Positions 26,875 to 35,956 of a stretch of DNA of 35,956 bases are shown here, piece by piece. Positions within the stretch are counted from its first letter, which is position 1; each line of letters opens with the position of its first letter. Location of the stretch: sequence record SRR2962707_782. One strand, written 5' to 3'. A program made the translations under genes and the position numbers. Under the pieces are notes generated by a model. The model worked only from the letters and a program-made list of their open reading frames with translations. It was not told the DNA's origin and did no database searches.

Positions 26875-28418
26875 CGGTGCGCGAAGACGGCCTCAGGCGC
26901 GCCAGCCCCATGAGCACGGACACCGACCCCGCCGCTATCCTGCAGGCGCTCGATGTCATCGAGCGTGAGGGGATTGAACTTCACAGCCTGCTGATCTGGC
27001 ACAACGGCGCATTGATCACCGAGGCCTACTGGAAGCCCTTTGCGCCCGAACGCCCGCACATGATGCATTCGGTGACCAAGAGCTTCACGTCGATGGCTGT
27101 CGGCCTGGCAATCGAAGAGGGCCTGCTCTCGCTCGACGACCGGGTCGTGAGTTTTTTCCCTGATCATCTGCCCGCCGTGGTCCCCTCCAATCTCGCCCAG
27201 CTGCAGGTGCGGCATCTGCTGACCATGACCAGTGGGCATCACCGCGGAATATCGGGGGGCGCATGGCGACAGCTCACGACAAGCTGGATCCGGGATTATC
27301 TCGAGCGCCCGATACCCAATCTGCCCGGTGAAGTCTTCGTCTATGACAGCGCTTCGAGCTACATGCTGGCAGCGGTCGTTCAGAAGGTAACCGGTCGGCT
27401 TCTCGTAGACTACCTGGACGAGAAGGTCTTTTCGCCAATGCAGATGAGCGGCGCGATCCGCTGGGACATCGGGCCGGACGGCGTCAATACCGGCGGCAAC
27501 GGGTTGGTGTGTTGCGCCTCCGACATGCTCAAGCTGGGCATCGTGCATTTGCAGAACGGGCGATGGAACGGACGCCACATCCTTCCAGAAGACTGGGTGC
27601 GGGAAGCAACCACCGCAAAGCTGCGCGACGTAGTGCTGGGGACCTTTACGGGTCAACACTATCTCGGGCCAGACGAGCTTGAGGAGGGCTCGGCGCCCGA
27701 TCTTCGAGAGGGTTATGGATATCACTGGTGGGTCGGTCCGCATGACAGTTTTTCAGCAAACGGGCTGTTCGGCCAATACTGCATCGTTCTTCCCAAACAG
27801 AATGCCGTCGTGGCCTTTACGGGTGGAATGCATGACGATGACCGGCGCGTCCATTCCATCGTCTATGACCTGCTCCGCCCGGCTCTCGGCGCCATGACCG
27901 CGGGCGATTTCGACAGACGCATTGCAGATTTGCGACTTGCAACCCAGCCCGGCCCCGCCGATACGTCGCACGCCCCGGAGAGCTGGAGCGGCGGTTACGA
28001 TATCGGGGACAACGACCAGCAGGTGCAATCGATCGCACTCTCGCCGTCGGGCGATCAGATCGTTTTTGAAATGAAGGATCATCGTGGCACCCATACCATT
28101 TCGGCGGGGATTGGACGCTGGGTGGAGAGCGTTACGACCATGACGGGCGCGCCGATTCACCATTCCTATGATCCGCCGGAAGGCCTTCGCGTGCTGGCAT
28201 GCGCGCGCTGGCTGCCGCCCAAGGACAATTGGGCCTGTCTGGAGATGGACTGGCTCTTTGTGGAAACCGCGTTCCGCGACACCGTTCGCTGCTGGATACG
28301 TGCAGGAAACTTGCGGTTGGAACGGCGGGTGAACGTTAATTCCTCGCGTCTTGTTCTGCCCGGTCTTTCAGGTCGGAAACCGGTCGAAGCCAGCGCAGCG
28401 CGGAACGCCCGGTCATGA
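26871..28418 (+). CDS. Serine hydrolase, beta-lactamase class C / NylB-like, with C-terminal extra domain
   Basis: SxxK motif HSVTKS, HLLTMTSG, PGEVFVYDS, GYGYHWW. Start is the GTG 26871 overlapping the upstream stop, or ATG 26910. Confidence 0.87.
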   Translation: MTVREDGLRRASPMSTDTDPAAILQALDVIEREGIELHSLLIWHNGALITEAYWKPFAPERPHMMHSVTKSFTSMAVGLAIEEGLLSLDDRVVSFFPDHLPAVVPSNLAQLQVRHLLTMTSGHHRGISGGAWRQLTTSWIRDYLERPIPNLPGEVFVYDSASSYMLAAVVQKVTGRLLVDYLDEKVFSPMQMSGAIRWDIGPDGVNTGGNGLVCCASDMLKLGIVHLQNGRWNGRHILPEDWVREATTAKLRDVVLGTFTGQHYLGPDELEEGSAPDLREGYGYHWWVGPHDSFSANGLFGQYCIVLPKQNAVVAFTGGMHDDDRRVHSIVYDLLRPALGAMTAGDFDRRIADLRLATQPGPADTSHAPESWSGGYDIGDNDQQVQSIALSPSGDQIVFEMKDHRGTHTISAGIGRWVESVTTMTGAPIHHSYDPPEGLRVLACARWLPPKDNWACLEMDWLFVETAFRDTVRCWIRAGNLRLERRVNVNSSRLVLPGLSGRKPVEASAARNARS

Positions 28419-29248
28419 AGAAAGTCAATCTGCGAGACATGAGCCACGCCGAACTGCTGGACCGGCTCACCAAGAAAACCGTCATTCTGATACCGCTCGG
28501 GTCCCAGGAAGTTCAGGGACCACACGCTCCGATGGGCGACTATGCGCTGGCGGAGCGCCTCGCCGAGTTGAGCGCTGAAAAAGGCGATGCCTTGTGCGCG
28601 CCGGTTGTGCCGTTCGGGTATGCCGATTTCTTCCGCAGCTTTGCGGGTGGTATTCAGTTGCGCGCGCAGACGCTTGCGATGGTGCTTGAAGATGTCCTGT
28701 CCGGGTTTATGGACCATGGACTGGATCGGCTCCTGGTGTTTAACGGCCATACCACCAATCTGTCGGTCATCGACCAGGTGACGCGCAAGCTCCGGGCCGA
28801 GCGAGGGATCGTGGTCCCGACTCTTAACATATGGAAGGCCATTCCCGACAAACTGTGGACCGAACTTTATGGCGATCAGGCATCCGCTGTGCGTGGGCAT
28901 GGCGGCGAGCCGATTACGTCGGTGGCAGCCCACCTATTTCCCGAACTGATGCGTTTCGATTTGGTCAGGGAAAAAGAAGCCTGCGGCCAGATAATGGGAC
29001 TGCCTGCAACCTCGATTTCAGGGACAAAGTTCAACGGTCAACCCTTGCATCTACCGCTCGACGCGCGTGATGTGGATGCCAACGGATTGCTGGGCGGAAG
29101 CGCCGTCCATGCATCGGCGGAAAAGGGCGCGGCACTTTGCGATCACATCATCGATCACACAGCGCAGCTTATCGCTCATCTCATGGAACACTCCCCCAGA
29201 GTGCCCGGATTTCCTTTCCGGCAGCGTACGGAACACAGCAATGAATAA
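28415..29248 (+). CDS. Creatininase/amidohydrolase-family protein
   Basis: LIPLGSQE..GPH, NGH..N, HGGE..TS, ASAEKG. Confidence 0.85.
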   Translation: MKKVNLRDMSHAELLDRLTKKTVILIPLGSQEVQGPHAPMGDYALAERLAELSAEKGDALCAPVVPFGYADFFRSFAGGIQLRAQTLAMVLEDVLSGFMDHGLDRLLVFNGHTTNLSVIDQVTRKLRAERGIVVPTLNIWKAIPDKLWTELYGDQASAVRGHGGEPITSVAAHLFPELMRFDLVREKEACGQIMGLPATSISGTKFNGQPLHLPLDARDVDANGLLGGSAVHASAEKGAALCDHIIDHTAQLIAHLMEHSPRVPGFPFRQRTEHSNE

Positions 29249-29924
29249 GTATCGGATAGCCCCGCTTCCCGCCCAACCTGAGGCCGGTTTGATCGCAGAT
29301 CTGGAAACGATCGAAACGGCTACGCTCGGGCATGTCCGCTTTACCGGCTTTATGGATCGCCGCATCCAGGCGTTGGCAAGCAACCAGCCCACGCGGGCGG
29401 GCTGTGCCGTTACGCTCGCGCTTCCGGCCATGTGTTCGAGCCTCATGCACTACGCGGTGTCGTTCCAGCGGCCAGGTGATTTTCTGATCGTGGACCGATT
29501 GGGCGATGACCGGTATGCCTGTCTTGGCGGCGCAGTTGCCCGTGCCATCAAGAACTCCGGGGCGGCCGGCGTCGTCGTCGACGGGTGCGTTACCGATGTC
29601 GCTGAAATCCTGGCCGAGGGCCTGCCTGTCTGGTGCCGGGGCGCTTCGTCCCTCACCACCCGCAGGGCCGATCTGGGTGGAACCTTCAACCGGCCAATCG
29701 CCTGCGGCAACGTCCCTGTCCTGCCCGGAGATATTGTGATTGCCGATGCTTCGGGTGTGGTGGTGCTTCCGGCCGATGAAGCACGCGAGGCCGCTGACGA
29801 AGCCATAGCCCGCGAAGAAAGGGTGCAGCGCACGATGCAGCGGCTCGCAGCCGGCGAAAAACTTGGCGAGATTACCGGCACCATCGCTTCCATCAACGCC
29901 CAGATCGATGGAGACACCAAATGA
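29241..29924 (+). CDS. RraA / HMG-aldolase-family protein
   Basis: AG.AVT, PGD.LIVD, GG, GAAGVVVDG..TD, V.PGDIVIADASGVVV. ATG 29241 overlaps the upstream gene end and is preferred over 29067. Confidence 0.85.
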   Translation: MNKYRIAPLPAQPEAGLIADLETIETATLGHVRFTGFMDRRIQALASNQPTRAGCAVTLALPAMCSSLMHYAVSFQRPGDFLIVDRLGDDRYACLGGAVARAIKNSGAAGVVVDGCVTDVAEILAEGLPVWCRGASSLTTRRADLGGTFNRPIACGNVPVLPGDIVIADASGVVVLPADEAREAADEAIAREERVQRTMQRLAAGEKLGEITGTIASINAQIDGDTK

Positions 29925-30823
29925 TGCCAACGACCGGATCGGACCAGCCGGTTCGCCCTTTCCCCGCGCCGCCGCAGGATTTTGTCCTTCCGGGCATCCT
30001 GTCCGTCGAAGGGCCGAAATCCACCTATCTGCCTTTGGTGTTTGACAGTCCGCACAGCGGATTGGAAATACCGGAGGATTTTCACCCCGCCGTTGGGCCA
30101 AAGGATGTGCTGATCTCCGCCGATACGCATGTGGACGATCTGTTCTCTTCTGCTCCCGATTGCGGTGCCCCGCTTTTGCGAGCCCATTTCCCGCGCAGTT
30201 TTCTGGACCCAAACCGTTCGCTGCTCGACATGGACGTCGAGATGATTGGCGGAGACTGGCCGCATGCGGTCGGGCAAAGTCCGACCGCCAGGCGCGGCAT
30301 GGGCTTGATGTGGCGCTATTGCTGGGGGGACACCCTCATGCACACGCAGCCTCTGAGCGTTTCCGAGGCCGAAGATCGGATCGCGCGGTACTGGCAGCCC
30401 TATCACCGGGCGCTGCGCGAGTTGCTCGATGCAGCTTATGAGCGCTTTGGGCGCGTGTTCCACGTCAACTGCCACTCGATGACGGCCAGCGGACACGCCA
30501 TGTCTTCCGATGGCGCCAGCGCAGCACGACCCGATATCTGTATCGGAGACCTTCACGGAACATCGGCCGGTCGCGAGTTTGTTGATGTCGTCGCCAAGAC
30601 GTTGGAAGGCGAAGGGCTCACGGTCGGTCTCAACACGCCCTTCCGGGGCGCCGAGTTGGCGCGCGCATACGCAAATCCTTCAATCGGCCGCCACAGCATA
30701 CAGTTCGAGATCAATCGCCGGCTCTACATGGACGAGGCGACGCGCGAGCGAACCGAGAACTATCAGACCTTCAAGGCGGCCATTACGCGGCTCAACCACA
30801 CGCTCGCCGACTACGTCGCCTGA
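29921..30823 (+). CDS. N-formylglutamate amidohydrolase family
   Basis: DSPHSG, D.HVD.L, R..LD.NR, YWQPYH, NCHSM, N.PF.G, Q.EINRRLYMDE. Confidence 0.9.
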   Translation: MMPTTGSDQPVRPFPAPPQDFVLPGILSVEGPKSTYLPLVFDSPHSGLEIPEDFHPAVGPKDVLISADTHVDDLFSSAPDCGAPLLRAHFPRSFLDPNRSLLDMDVEMIGGDWPHAVGQSPTARRGMGLMWRYCWGDTLMHTQPLSVSEAEDRIARYWQPYHRALRELLDAAYERFGRVFHVNCHSMTASGHAMSSDGASAARPDICIGDLHGTSAGREFVDVVAKTLEGEGLTVGLNTPFRGAELARAYANPSIGRHSIQFEINRRLYMDEATRERTENYQTFKAAITRLNHTLADYVA

Positions 30824-30855
30824 GTAACCAACACTATTTTCAAACGGTATACGTC

Positions 30856-31728
30856 ATGACCACGCCCCAACCGACAAAGCTCAGTTTTTATCGCCGCGGC
30901 CGCACTACGCTTTATGCCTCACGTTACGATCAACGGTTCTCTTATTGCTGCTATGTGCCCGAGAGCTATGATGAGGCAGCGCAGGACGTCTATCCGCTGG
31001 CGGTTCTCGTCCACCATACCGGGCGTACCGCGAGCCTGCTGCGCGACGAGTTCGTAGATTTCGCAGAAGCCAACCAGTGCATTGTGCTCGCGCCGCTTTT
31101 TCCTTCGGGGATCATTCACCCGAACGATCTCAACAATTACAAGCATATCCTCTATCACGGCATTCGATATGACCTGGTGCTGCTCGACATGATCGAGGAG
31201 ATATCCGCCATCTATCGGGTGCATGCCGACAAGTTCCTTATGCACGGATTTTCCGGTGGCGGGCAGTTCGTCCACCGTTTCCTCTATCTGCATCCCCAGC
31301 GACTGATGGGCGCCTCGGTCGGAGCACCGGGCACTGTCACCCTGCCAGATGACGACAAGGACTGGTGGATCGGAATACGCGGCATGGAAGAGCGCTTTGG
31401 CATCAGTCTCGATATTGACGCTCTGCGGTCTGTGCCGGTTCAGCTGGTGATCGGCGACAACGATATCGAGACATGGGAGGTAACGGTTAGAACCACCTCC
31501 AATTTCTGGATGGAAGGCATCAACGATGCAGGAGAAACCCGCATCGACCGCCTGAAAGCCCTGCAACGGGGGCTTGAGAGCCTGGGCGTGAAGACGCGTT
31601 TCGACTTCGTGCCGGGCGTTGCGCACCATGGTGTCTTGATCCAGGAGCCGGTCAAGGCGTTCTTTACCGAAACCCTGTCCCACTACCGGACAACGACGCC
31701 GCTGATCGCCGCGCGAACGCCCGCCTAG
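30856..31728 (+). CDS. Alpha/beta hydrolase (polyaspartate hydrolase/PHB depolymerase-like)
   Basis: Nucleophile elbow GFSGGGQF.HRF, G..D, VPGVAH. Confidence 0.82.
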   Translation: MTTPQPTKLSFYRRGRTTLYASRYDQRFSYCCYVPESYDEAAQDVYPLAVLVHHTGRTASLLRDEFVDFAEANQCIVLAPLFPSGIIHPNDLNNYKHILYHGIRYDLVLLDMIEEISAIYRVHADKFLMHGFSGGGQFVHRFLYLHPQRLMGASVGAPGTVTLPDDDKDWWIGIRGMEERFGISLDIDALRSVPVQLVIGDNDIETWEVTVRTTSNFWMEGINDAGETRIDRLKALQRGLESLGVKTRFDFVPGVAHHGVLIQEPVKAFFTETLSHYRTTTPLIAARTPA

Positions 31729-31877
31729 AGCAACCGGCGTGCTCGACATCACCAGACGGGTCTGGCCGCTGTTTTTCGGCATCTCGCCTGCGATGACCGG
31801 CAATGCCGTTCAAGGCACTGTGCTGGTCATGGTCCTGCGCTCGCCCGTATGGCCGGCGGCTGTCGACTGACTGCGCT

Positions 31878-32768
31878 CTAGGCGTGTTGGGAGCGACTCA
31901 AATGCCTATGCAATATGGCGGCCGCATGATCATTGTCGCCAGTATCGATCGCATCGAGAATGGCCAGATGATCTTCGGCCGCCTTGCGGATGCGATCAGG
32001 CGCGAGCGTGGTAAACTCGGCGTACTCGGTCATTCTCCGCAGGCTGTTCTGGCGATGGATGGCTTGCTGAAGGAACCTGTTTCCGGACCATGAAACGACG
32101 GTCGCATGGAAGCGGGCGTTGGCCTCGAACCACTCGGACCGGACGATCGTTGCCGGAGGAGCGTCGCGCAACATTTCCTGCTCGGCCCTGAGCGCGGCAA
32201 ACGCAGTCCTGTCGATCCTGAAACCGGGCTCTTTTACCGCCGCACATTCTATGATGACACGAAAGGCGTAGCTTTCATCAACGGCCTGACCATTGTCGAG
32301 GCATTCGGCAAAACGCCACCCGTGCCCCGGACGCCGTTCGGCCAAACCGTCTGCGGCGAGCCGCAAAAGTGCTTTCCTGACCGCCCCACGGCTGGCCCCG
32401 AACTGGCTGGCAAGCTCAGCCTCGGATGCCTCGTCGGCGATTGCACCATTGGCGCGCGCCATCATGATTTCCTCCAGCAACTGCTCGTTGGACGAGCCTG
32501 GAAGCTCACGCCTGAACGCGTCAAACCGGACGGGGTCGATATTGTGGAAGTGAAAGCCCTGCTGATGGCGGCGTTCGAGAAGACCATGCTTTTCGAGAAG
32601 CTGCAGCACATTGCGAACCGGCGTGCGCGAGGTTCCCAGCTCCTGGGCCAACTTGAAATCGGAGATATGGGCGCCCGCTTTCCACCGTCCGGACGCAATT
32701 CCATCAAGGATCATTTTTGCAATGTCGACCTGCAGGCCGCTTAGCGATCGGACATCCAATTCAGACAT
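31878..32768 (-). CDS. GntR-family regulator with tandem wHTH domains and FCD
   Basis: LAQELGTSRTPVR..L and LASQFGASRGAVR.AL HTH motifs, plus FCD N.RFH...SGN.FL and H..IL.AI. Start is 32768 or 32780; the ORF-track start 32942 overlaps the LysR gene. Confidence 0.85.
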   Translation of the reverse strand: MSELDVRSLSGLQVDIAKMILDGIASGRWKAGAHISDFKLAQELGTSRTPVRNVLQLLEKHGLLERRHQQGFHFHNIDPVRFDAFRRELPGSSNEQLLEEIMMARANGAIADEASEAELASQFGASRGAVRKALLRLAADGLAERRPGHGWRFAECLDNGQAVDESYAFRVIIECAAVKEPGFRIDRTAFAALRAEQEMLRDAPPATIVRSEWFEANARFHATVVSWSGNRFLQQAIHRQNSLRRMTEYAEFTTLAPDRIRKAAEDHLAILDAIDTGDNDHAAAILHRHLSRSQHA

Positions 32769-32883
32769 TAGCTTACCCATGATCCCAAGCCAAAGCACAA
32801 TGACGGCGCGACGGCCAAGAGTAACACCATCCTCAAATAATTGATTCCATTCAACGCTGTAGGCGCCATCGTTAACTGAACGG

Positions 32884-33810
32884 TCAATCGATCCAGGCGT
32901 GGGCGGGATTGACCTTGGCACAGTAATGCTCCGCCGTCGCACGGGCTCTCCTTACAACCCGCCTAATGAAATCCTGCTGCGTGGATGCCTGATAGCTGGC
33001 GATGATCGGCATTGGTGGAAACCGCTTTGCGACCTTGATCGGGTGGAGCAGGCCCGAACTCAGTTCCCGGCTGATGGTTACACTTGGAACCGCTCCCACA
33101 CCGAACCCGTCGATCAGGAGGTTGATGATCGCATAGAGCGAATTGCAACTCGTGAGCTTGGAAGCAAGGACCTGCTCGTCGTGAAAATAGGGCGCCACCA
33201 TCTGGTATGGCGGCGAGTCCTTGGGGAACGAGATAATCGGCATATCGGCCAGCGCGGCTACCGAATATGTGCGGTCTGGATCGATCAATTTTGGTGAACC
33301 CGCCCAGGTCATCTGGAACACGCAGGCCGTATAGTTCCGAAAACCATCGTCGAGCACGGGATGGAGGCAGAATACCAGGTCGAAATCGCCCTTGCGCATG
33401 CCTGTGACCAGGGGTTTGGTCCCATCCACTGTCATTTCGATCTTGAGATTGGGGAAGGTCTGGTGAAGAGAGTCGATCAGGAGCGGCATCCAGGTCGAAG
33501 ACACCGAATCGATGGCACCGATGCGGATGGGACCGGGCGCGTGACTTGCGCCTTCGCCGATTTCGCCGCGTAGTGTTTCCACATTATCGAGTATCGTTTC
33601 GAAATGACGCAGCACGTGCTCGCCATCGAGGGTGAGGGCAAACCTGCCTTCACCCCGTTCGACAAGTCGACAGGCAAACTCACGTTCGATGGCAGCCAGC
33701 CGGCTCGAAATGGCCGGTTGGGTCGTATTGAGTTCTTCCGCCGTCCGTCCGAAATGGCGGTTGCGGGCAAGAACCACGAACGTTTTCATATCGACTATAC
33801 GCATGGCCAT
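32884..33810 (-). CDS. LysR-family transcriptional regulator
   Basis: F.....HFGRTAEELNTTQPAISSRL..IE HTH, IRIG, and a substrate-binding domain. Confidence 0.92.
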   Translation of the reverse strand: MAMRIVDMKTFVVLARNRHFGRTAEELNTTQPAISSRLAAIEREFACRLVERGEGRFALTLDGEHVLRHFETILDNVETLRGEIGEGASHAPGPIRIGAIDSVSSTWMPLLIDSLHQTFPNLKIEMTVDGTKPLVTGMRKGDFDLVFCLHPVLDDGFRNYTACVFQMTWAGSPKLIDPDRTYSVAALADMPIISFPKDSPPYQMVAPYFHDEQVLASKLTSCNSLYAIINLLIDGFGVGAVPSVTISRELSSGLLHPIKVAKRFPPMPIIASYQASTQQDFIRRVVRRARATAEHYCAKVNPAHAWID

Positions 33811-33847
33811 GTTCTAGACCGCCACGCGCTGCGGAGGAAGAGCCCGA

Positions 33848-35272
33848 TCAGGATGCGATCATGACGTGGCGGGCCTGGGTGTAATCCAGCAATGATTGCA
33901 TCGATAAATCAGAACCATAACCCGAGTTTTTCATTCCGCCGTGCGGCATTTCAGTGGCGAATACACCGTGGGTATTGACCCAGGTAACGCCATACTCGAG
34001 CGCGTTTGCGATCGACATGGCCGAAGATGCGTCGCGCGACCAGACCGAGGAGGCCAGACCGTACTCAGACGCATTGGCCCATCCGAGCGCTTCTTCAGGC
34101 GTATCGAAGGGGGTGATCGTTACCACAGGGCCAAACACTTCCTTCTGGACGATCTCGCTGGAGATACCGGCCTGAACAAGCGTCGGTTCATGGAAAAATC
34201 CGTCCCCTTCTCCCATGCTTCCGCCGGACAGGATATCGGCGCCGGCCGATTGGGCGCGCGATACGAACCCGGCAACACGCTCTTGTTGCGCTTTGGAAAT
34301 AAGCGGCCCGAACTCCACGTCGTCGCGCTCCGGCGCACCGTAAACCAGGCTGTCGACCATGCGGCGCATGCGGGCGTTCAGATCGGACATAATCGCGCGG
34401 TCGACAAAGATCCGGCACGCCGCCGTGCAATCCTGGCCAGCGTTGTAAAAGCTGGCTTCGCGCAGCGTTTCGACCAAGACGTCCAGATCGGCATCCTTAA
34501 GGACGATCACCGGAGCCTTGCCGCCCAATTCGAGATGGGTGCGTTTGATGGTCTCGCCGGCGGCTGCCTGGAGAACCGCTCGACCCGTCCTGACGTCGCC
34601 CGTGAGCGAAATCATCCGCACCAGCGGGTGCGAGATCAACTTCTGACCGACATCCCGCCCGTTGCCACAGATGATGTTCAAGACGCCCTTGGGCAGAATG
34701 TCGTTGATGAGACCACCCAGAGCCAGAAGACTGAGAGGTGTATTTTCTGATGGCTTGATGACCACGGTATTGCCGGCGGCAAGTGCGGGAGCGAGTTTCC
34801 AGGCCGCCATGAGCAGTGGGTAGTTCCAGGGAGCGATCGAAGCGACGACACCGACCGGATCGCGCCGAAGCATCGAGACCATGTTGTCGCTTCGATAGCC
34901 ATTGGCCGCGACGCCAGGAACATTGCGGGCGGCTGTCGCAAAAAATCGGAACACATCGGCCACGTTGGCCAGTTCTGCCGCCTTGACGAAGCGCACGGGC
35001 TTGCCGGCGTTGCGTGATTCCACATTGGCCAGCGCATCCGCATTGGCTTCCACGGCGTCAGCTATGGCCCACAGGAGACGCGAGCGCAGTTTTGGAGTTG
35101 TCTTGCGCCACTCGCCGAATGCGCGATGCGCTGCGGCTACCGCCTGTTCGACTTGACCAGCATCGGCGGAAGCGACCCGTGCCAGCACTTTGCCGTTGGC
35201 CGGTTCGAAAGCGGTTTCAGCGGGTCCCTGCCCGGCGACATAAGCGCCGTCAATCAAGAGGCGGGTTTCCAT
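33848..35272 (-). CDS. patD: Gamma-aminobutyraldehyde dehydrogenase (YdcW/PatD-like)
   Basis: SIAPWNYPLLMAAWK, KPSE.TP, LELGGKAP, YNAGQDCTAACR, EMPHGG.K.SGYG.DLS. ATG 35272 has RBS GGAGA. Confidence 0.85.
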   Translation of the reverse strand: METRLLIDGAYVAGQGPAETAFEPANGKVLARVASADAGQVEQAVAAAHRAFGEWRKTTPKLRSRLLWAIADAVEANADALANVESRNAGKPVRFVKAAELANVADVFRFFATAARNVPGVAANGYRSDNMVSMLRRDPVGVVASIAPWNYPLLMAAWKLAPALAAGNTVVIKPSENTPLSLLALGGLINDILPKGVLNIICGNGRDVGQKLISHPLVRMISLTGDVRTGRAVLQAAAGETIKRTHLELGGKAPVIVLKDADLDVLVETLREASFYNAGQDCTAACRIFVDRAIMSDLNARMRRMVDSLVYGAPERDDVEFGPLISKAQQERVAGFVSRAQSAGADILSGGSMGEGDGFFHEPTLVQAGISSEIVQKEVFGPVVTITPFDTPEEALGWANASEYGLASSVWSRDASSAMSIANALEYGVTWVNTHGVFATEMPHGGMKNSGYGSDLSMQSLLDYTQARHVMIAS

Positions 35273-35314
35273 GATGCAATTCTCCATAATTGGCGCGCGG
35301 CCCCGTGCGTCAGA

Positions 35315-35956
35315 TCAGATGTCGGACGGGCTTTCGTCGAGCACTCTGATGCGAGCCGGGTCGATCTTGAGACCGACCTTGTCGCCGCGCTCGTAGACAG
35401 GGTCCGTGCCAGCCAGAACGCGCAATTCACTATCGGCGAGGCGAAGGACGTAGCGGTTTCGCGCGCCCAGAAAGATGCGCGTTCCGACCGTGGCAGTGAT
35501 ATGCCCTTCTGCGGAGGGGCAGATCACCAGATCTTCCTGGCGCATGGCAAGAAGACGCTCCCCGTCGGCTTCGGAATCGAGCGTTAGCGTCTGGCCGTCG
35601 GCCAGCCTTGCATTCCGGCCCGAGACCGTCGCAGGCAGCAGATTGGCGGCTCCCAGGAAGTTCGAAGCAAAGCCGGTGCGCGGCTGGGAGTAGATGTCGG
35701 CCGGCGCCCCTTCCTGCTCGATCTTGCCCTTGTTGAGAAGCACGATCCTGTCGGAAAGGCTCAGCGCTTCTTCCTGGTCGTGGGTCACAAAGATCGTCGT
35801 CAATCCCAGGCGCTTGTGGATTTCGATAAGCTCGACCTGCATGTCTTCGCGCAGGCGGGCATCGAGATTGGATAGCGGTTCGTCGAGCAGCAGGACCAAT
35901 GGCCGGGTCACAATTGCGCGCGCCAACGCCACGCGCTGCTGCTGTCCGCCCGAAAG
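35315..35956 (-). CDS. PotA-like polyamine/opine ABC ATPase (5' end outside the window)
   Basis: Frame is open to the window edge: LSGGQQQRVALARA, LLDEPLSNLDA, VTHDQEEAL, C-terminal TOBE-like region. Confidence 0.88.
   Translation of the reverse strand, partial: LSGGQQQRVALARAIVTRPLVLLLDEPLSNLDARLREDMQVELIEIHKRLGLTTIFVTHDQEEALSLSDRIVLLNKGKIEQEGAPADIYSQPRTGFASNFLGAANLLPATVSGRNARLADGQTLTLDSEADGERLLAMRQEDLVICPSAEGHITATVGTRIFLGARNRYVLRLADSELRVLAGTDPVYERGDKVGLKIDPARIRVLDESPSDI

Noticed and set aside
26871-28418. Beta-lactam resistance gene
   Set aside because: No signal peptide, YDS instead of YxN, no KTG, and a catabolic operon context. It is more likely a cytoplasmic amidase/esterase.

Overview
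GC-rich alphaproteobacterial (Hyphomicrobiales-like, inferred from gene families and a CtrA box) chromosomal window with four blocks. (1) 95-7042: Dpp/Opp-type ABC importer with a permease-ATPase fusion, GntR regulator and NAGGN-type M42 peptidase, followed by a convergent aldehyde dehydrogenase. (2) 7160-11411 (-): MlaE/F/D-PqiC MCE lipid transporter. (3) 11764-21427: the most unusual part. A divergent locus in which three minus-strand genes (LuxR-type regulator, HEPN-like protein, stand-alone SARP/BTAD regulator) face a plus-strand operon. The operon encodes an extremely acidic 441-aa 'EDSFN'-repeat protein, a 654-aa protein built from about five copies of the same C-terminal N/Q/D module, an atypical type I secretion ABC protein and an HlyD adaptor. 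The shared promoter carries a perfect CtrA box, tandem GANTC sites and several repeats. I infer a T1SS-exported beta-solenoid/amyloid-like surface fibre or matrix system with a major subunit and a nucleator/anchor. (4) 21868-35956: a second peptide-type ABC importer followed by five hydrolase/aldolase-like genes with divergent active-site motifs, then GntR and LysR regulators, an aminoaldehyde dehydrogenase and a truncated PotA-like ATPase. No rRNA, tRNA, CRISPR array or intact mobile element was recognised. All function calls come from motif reading without database searches.
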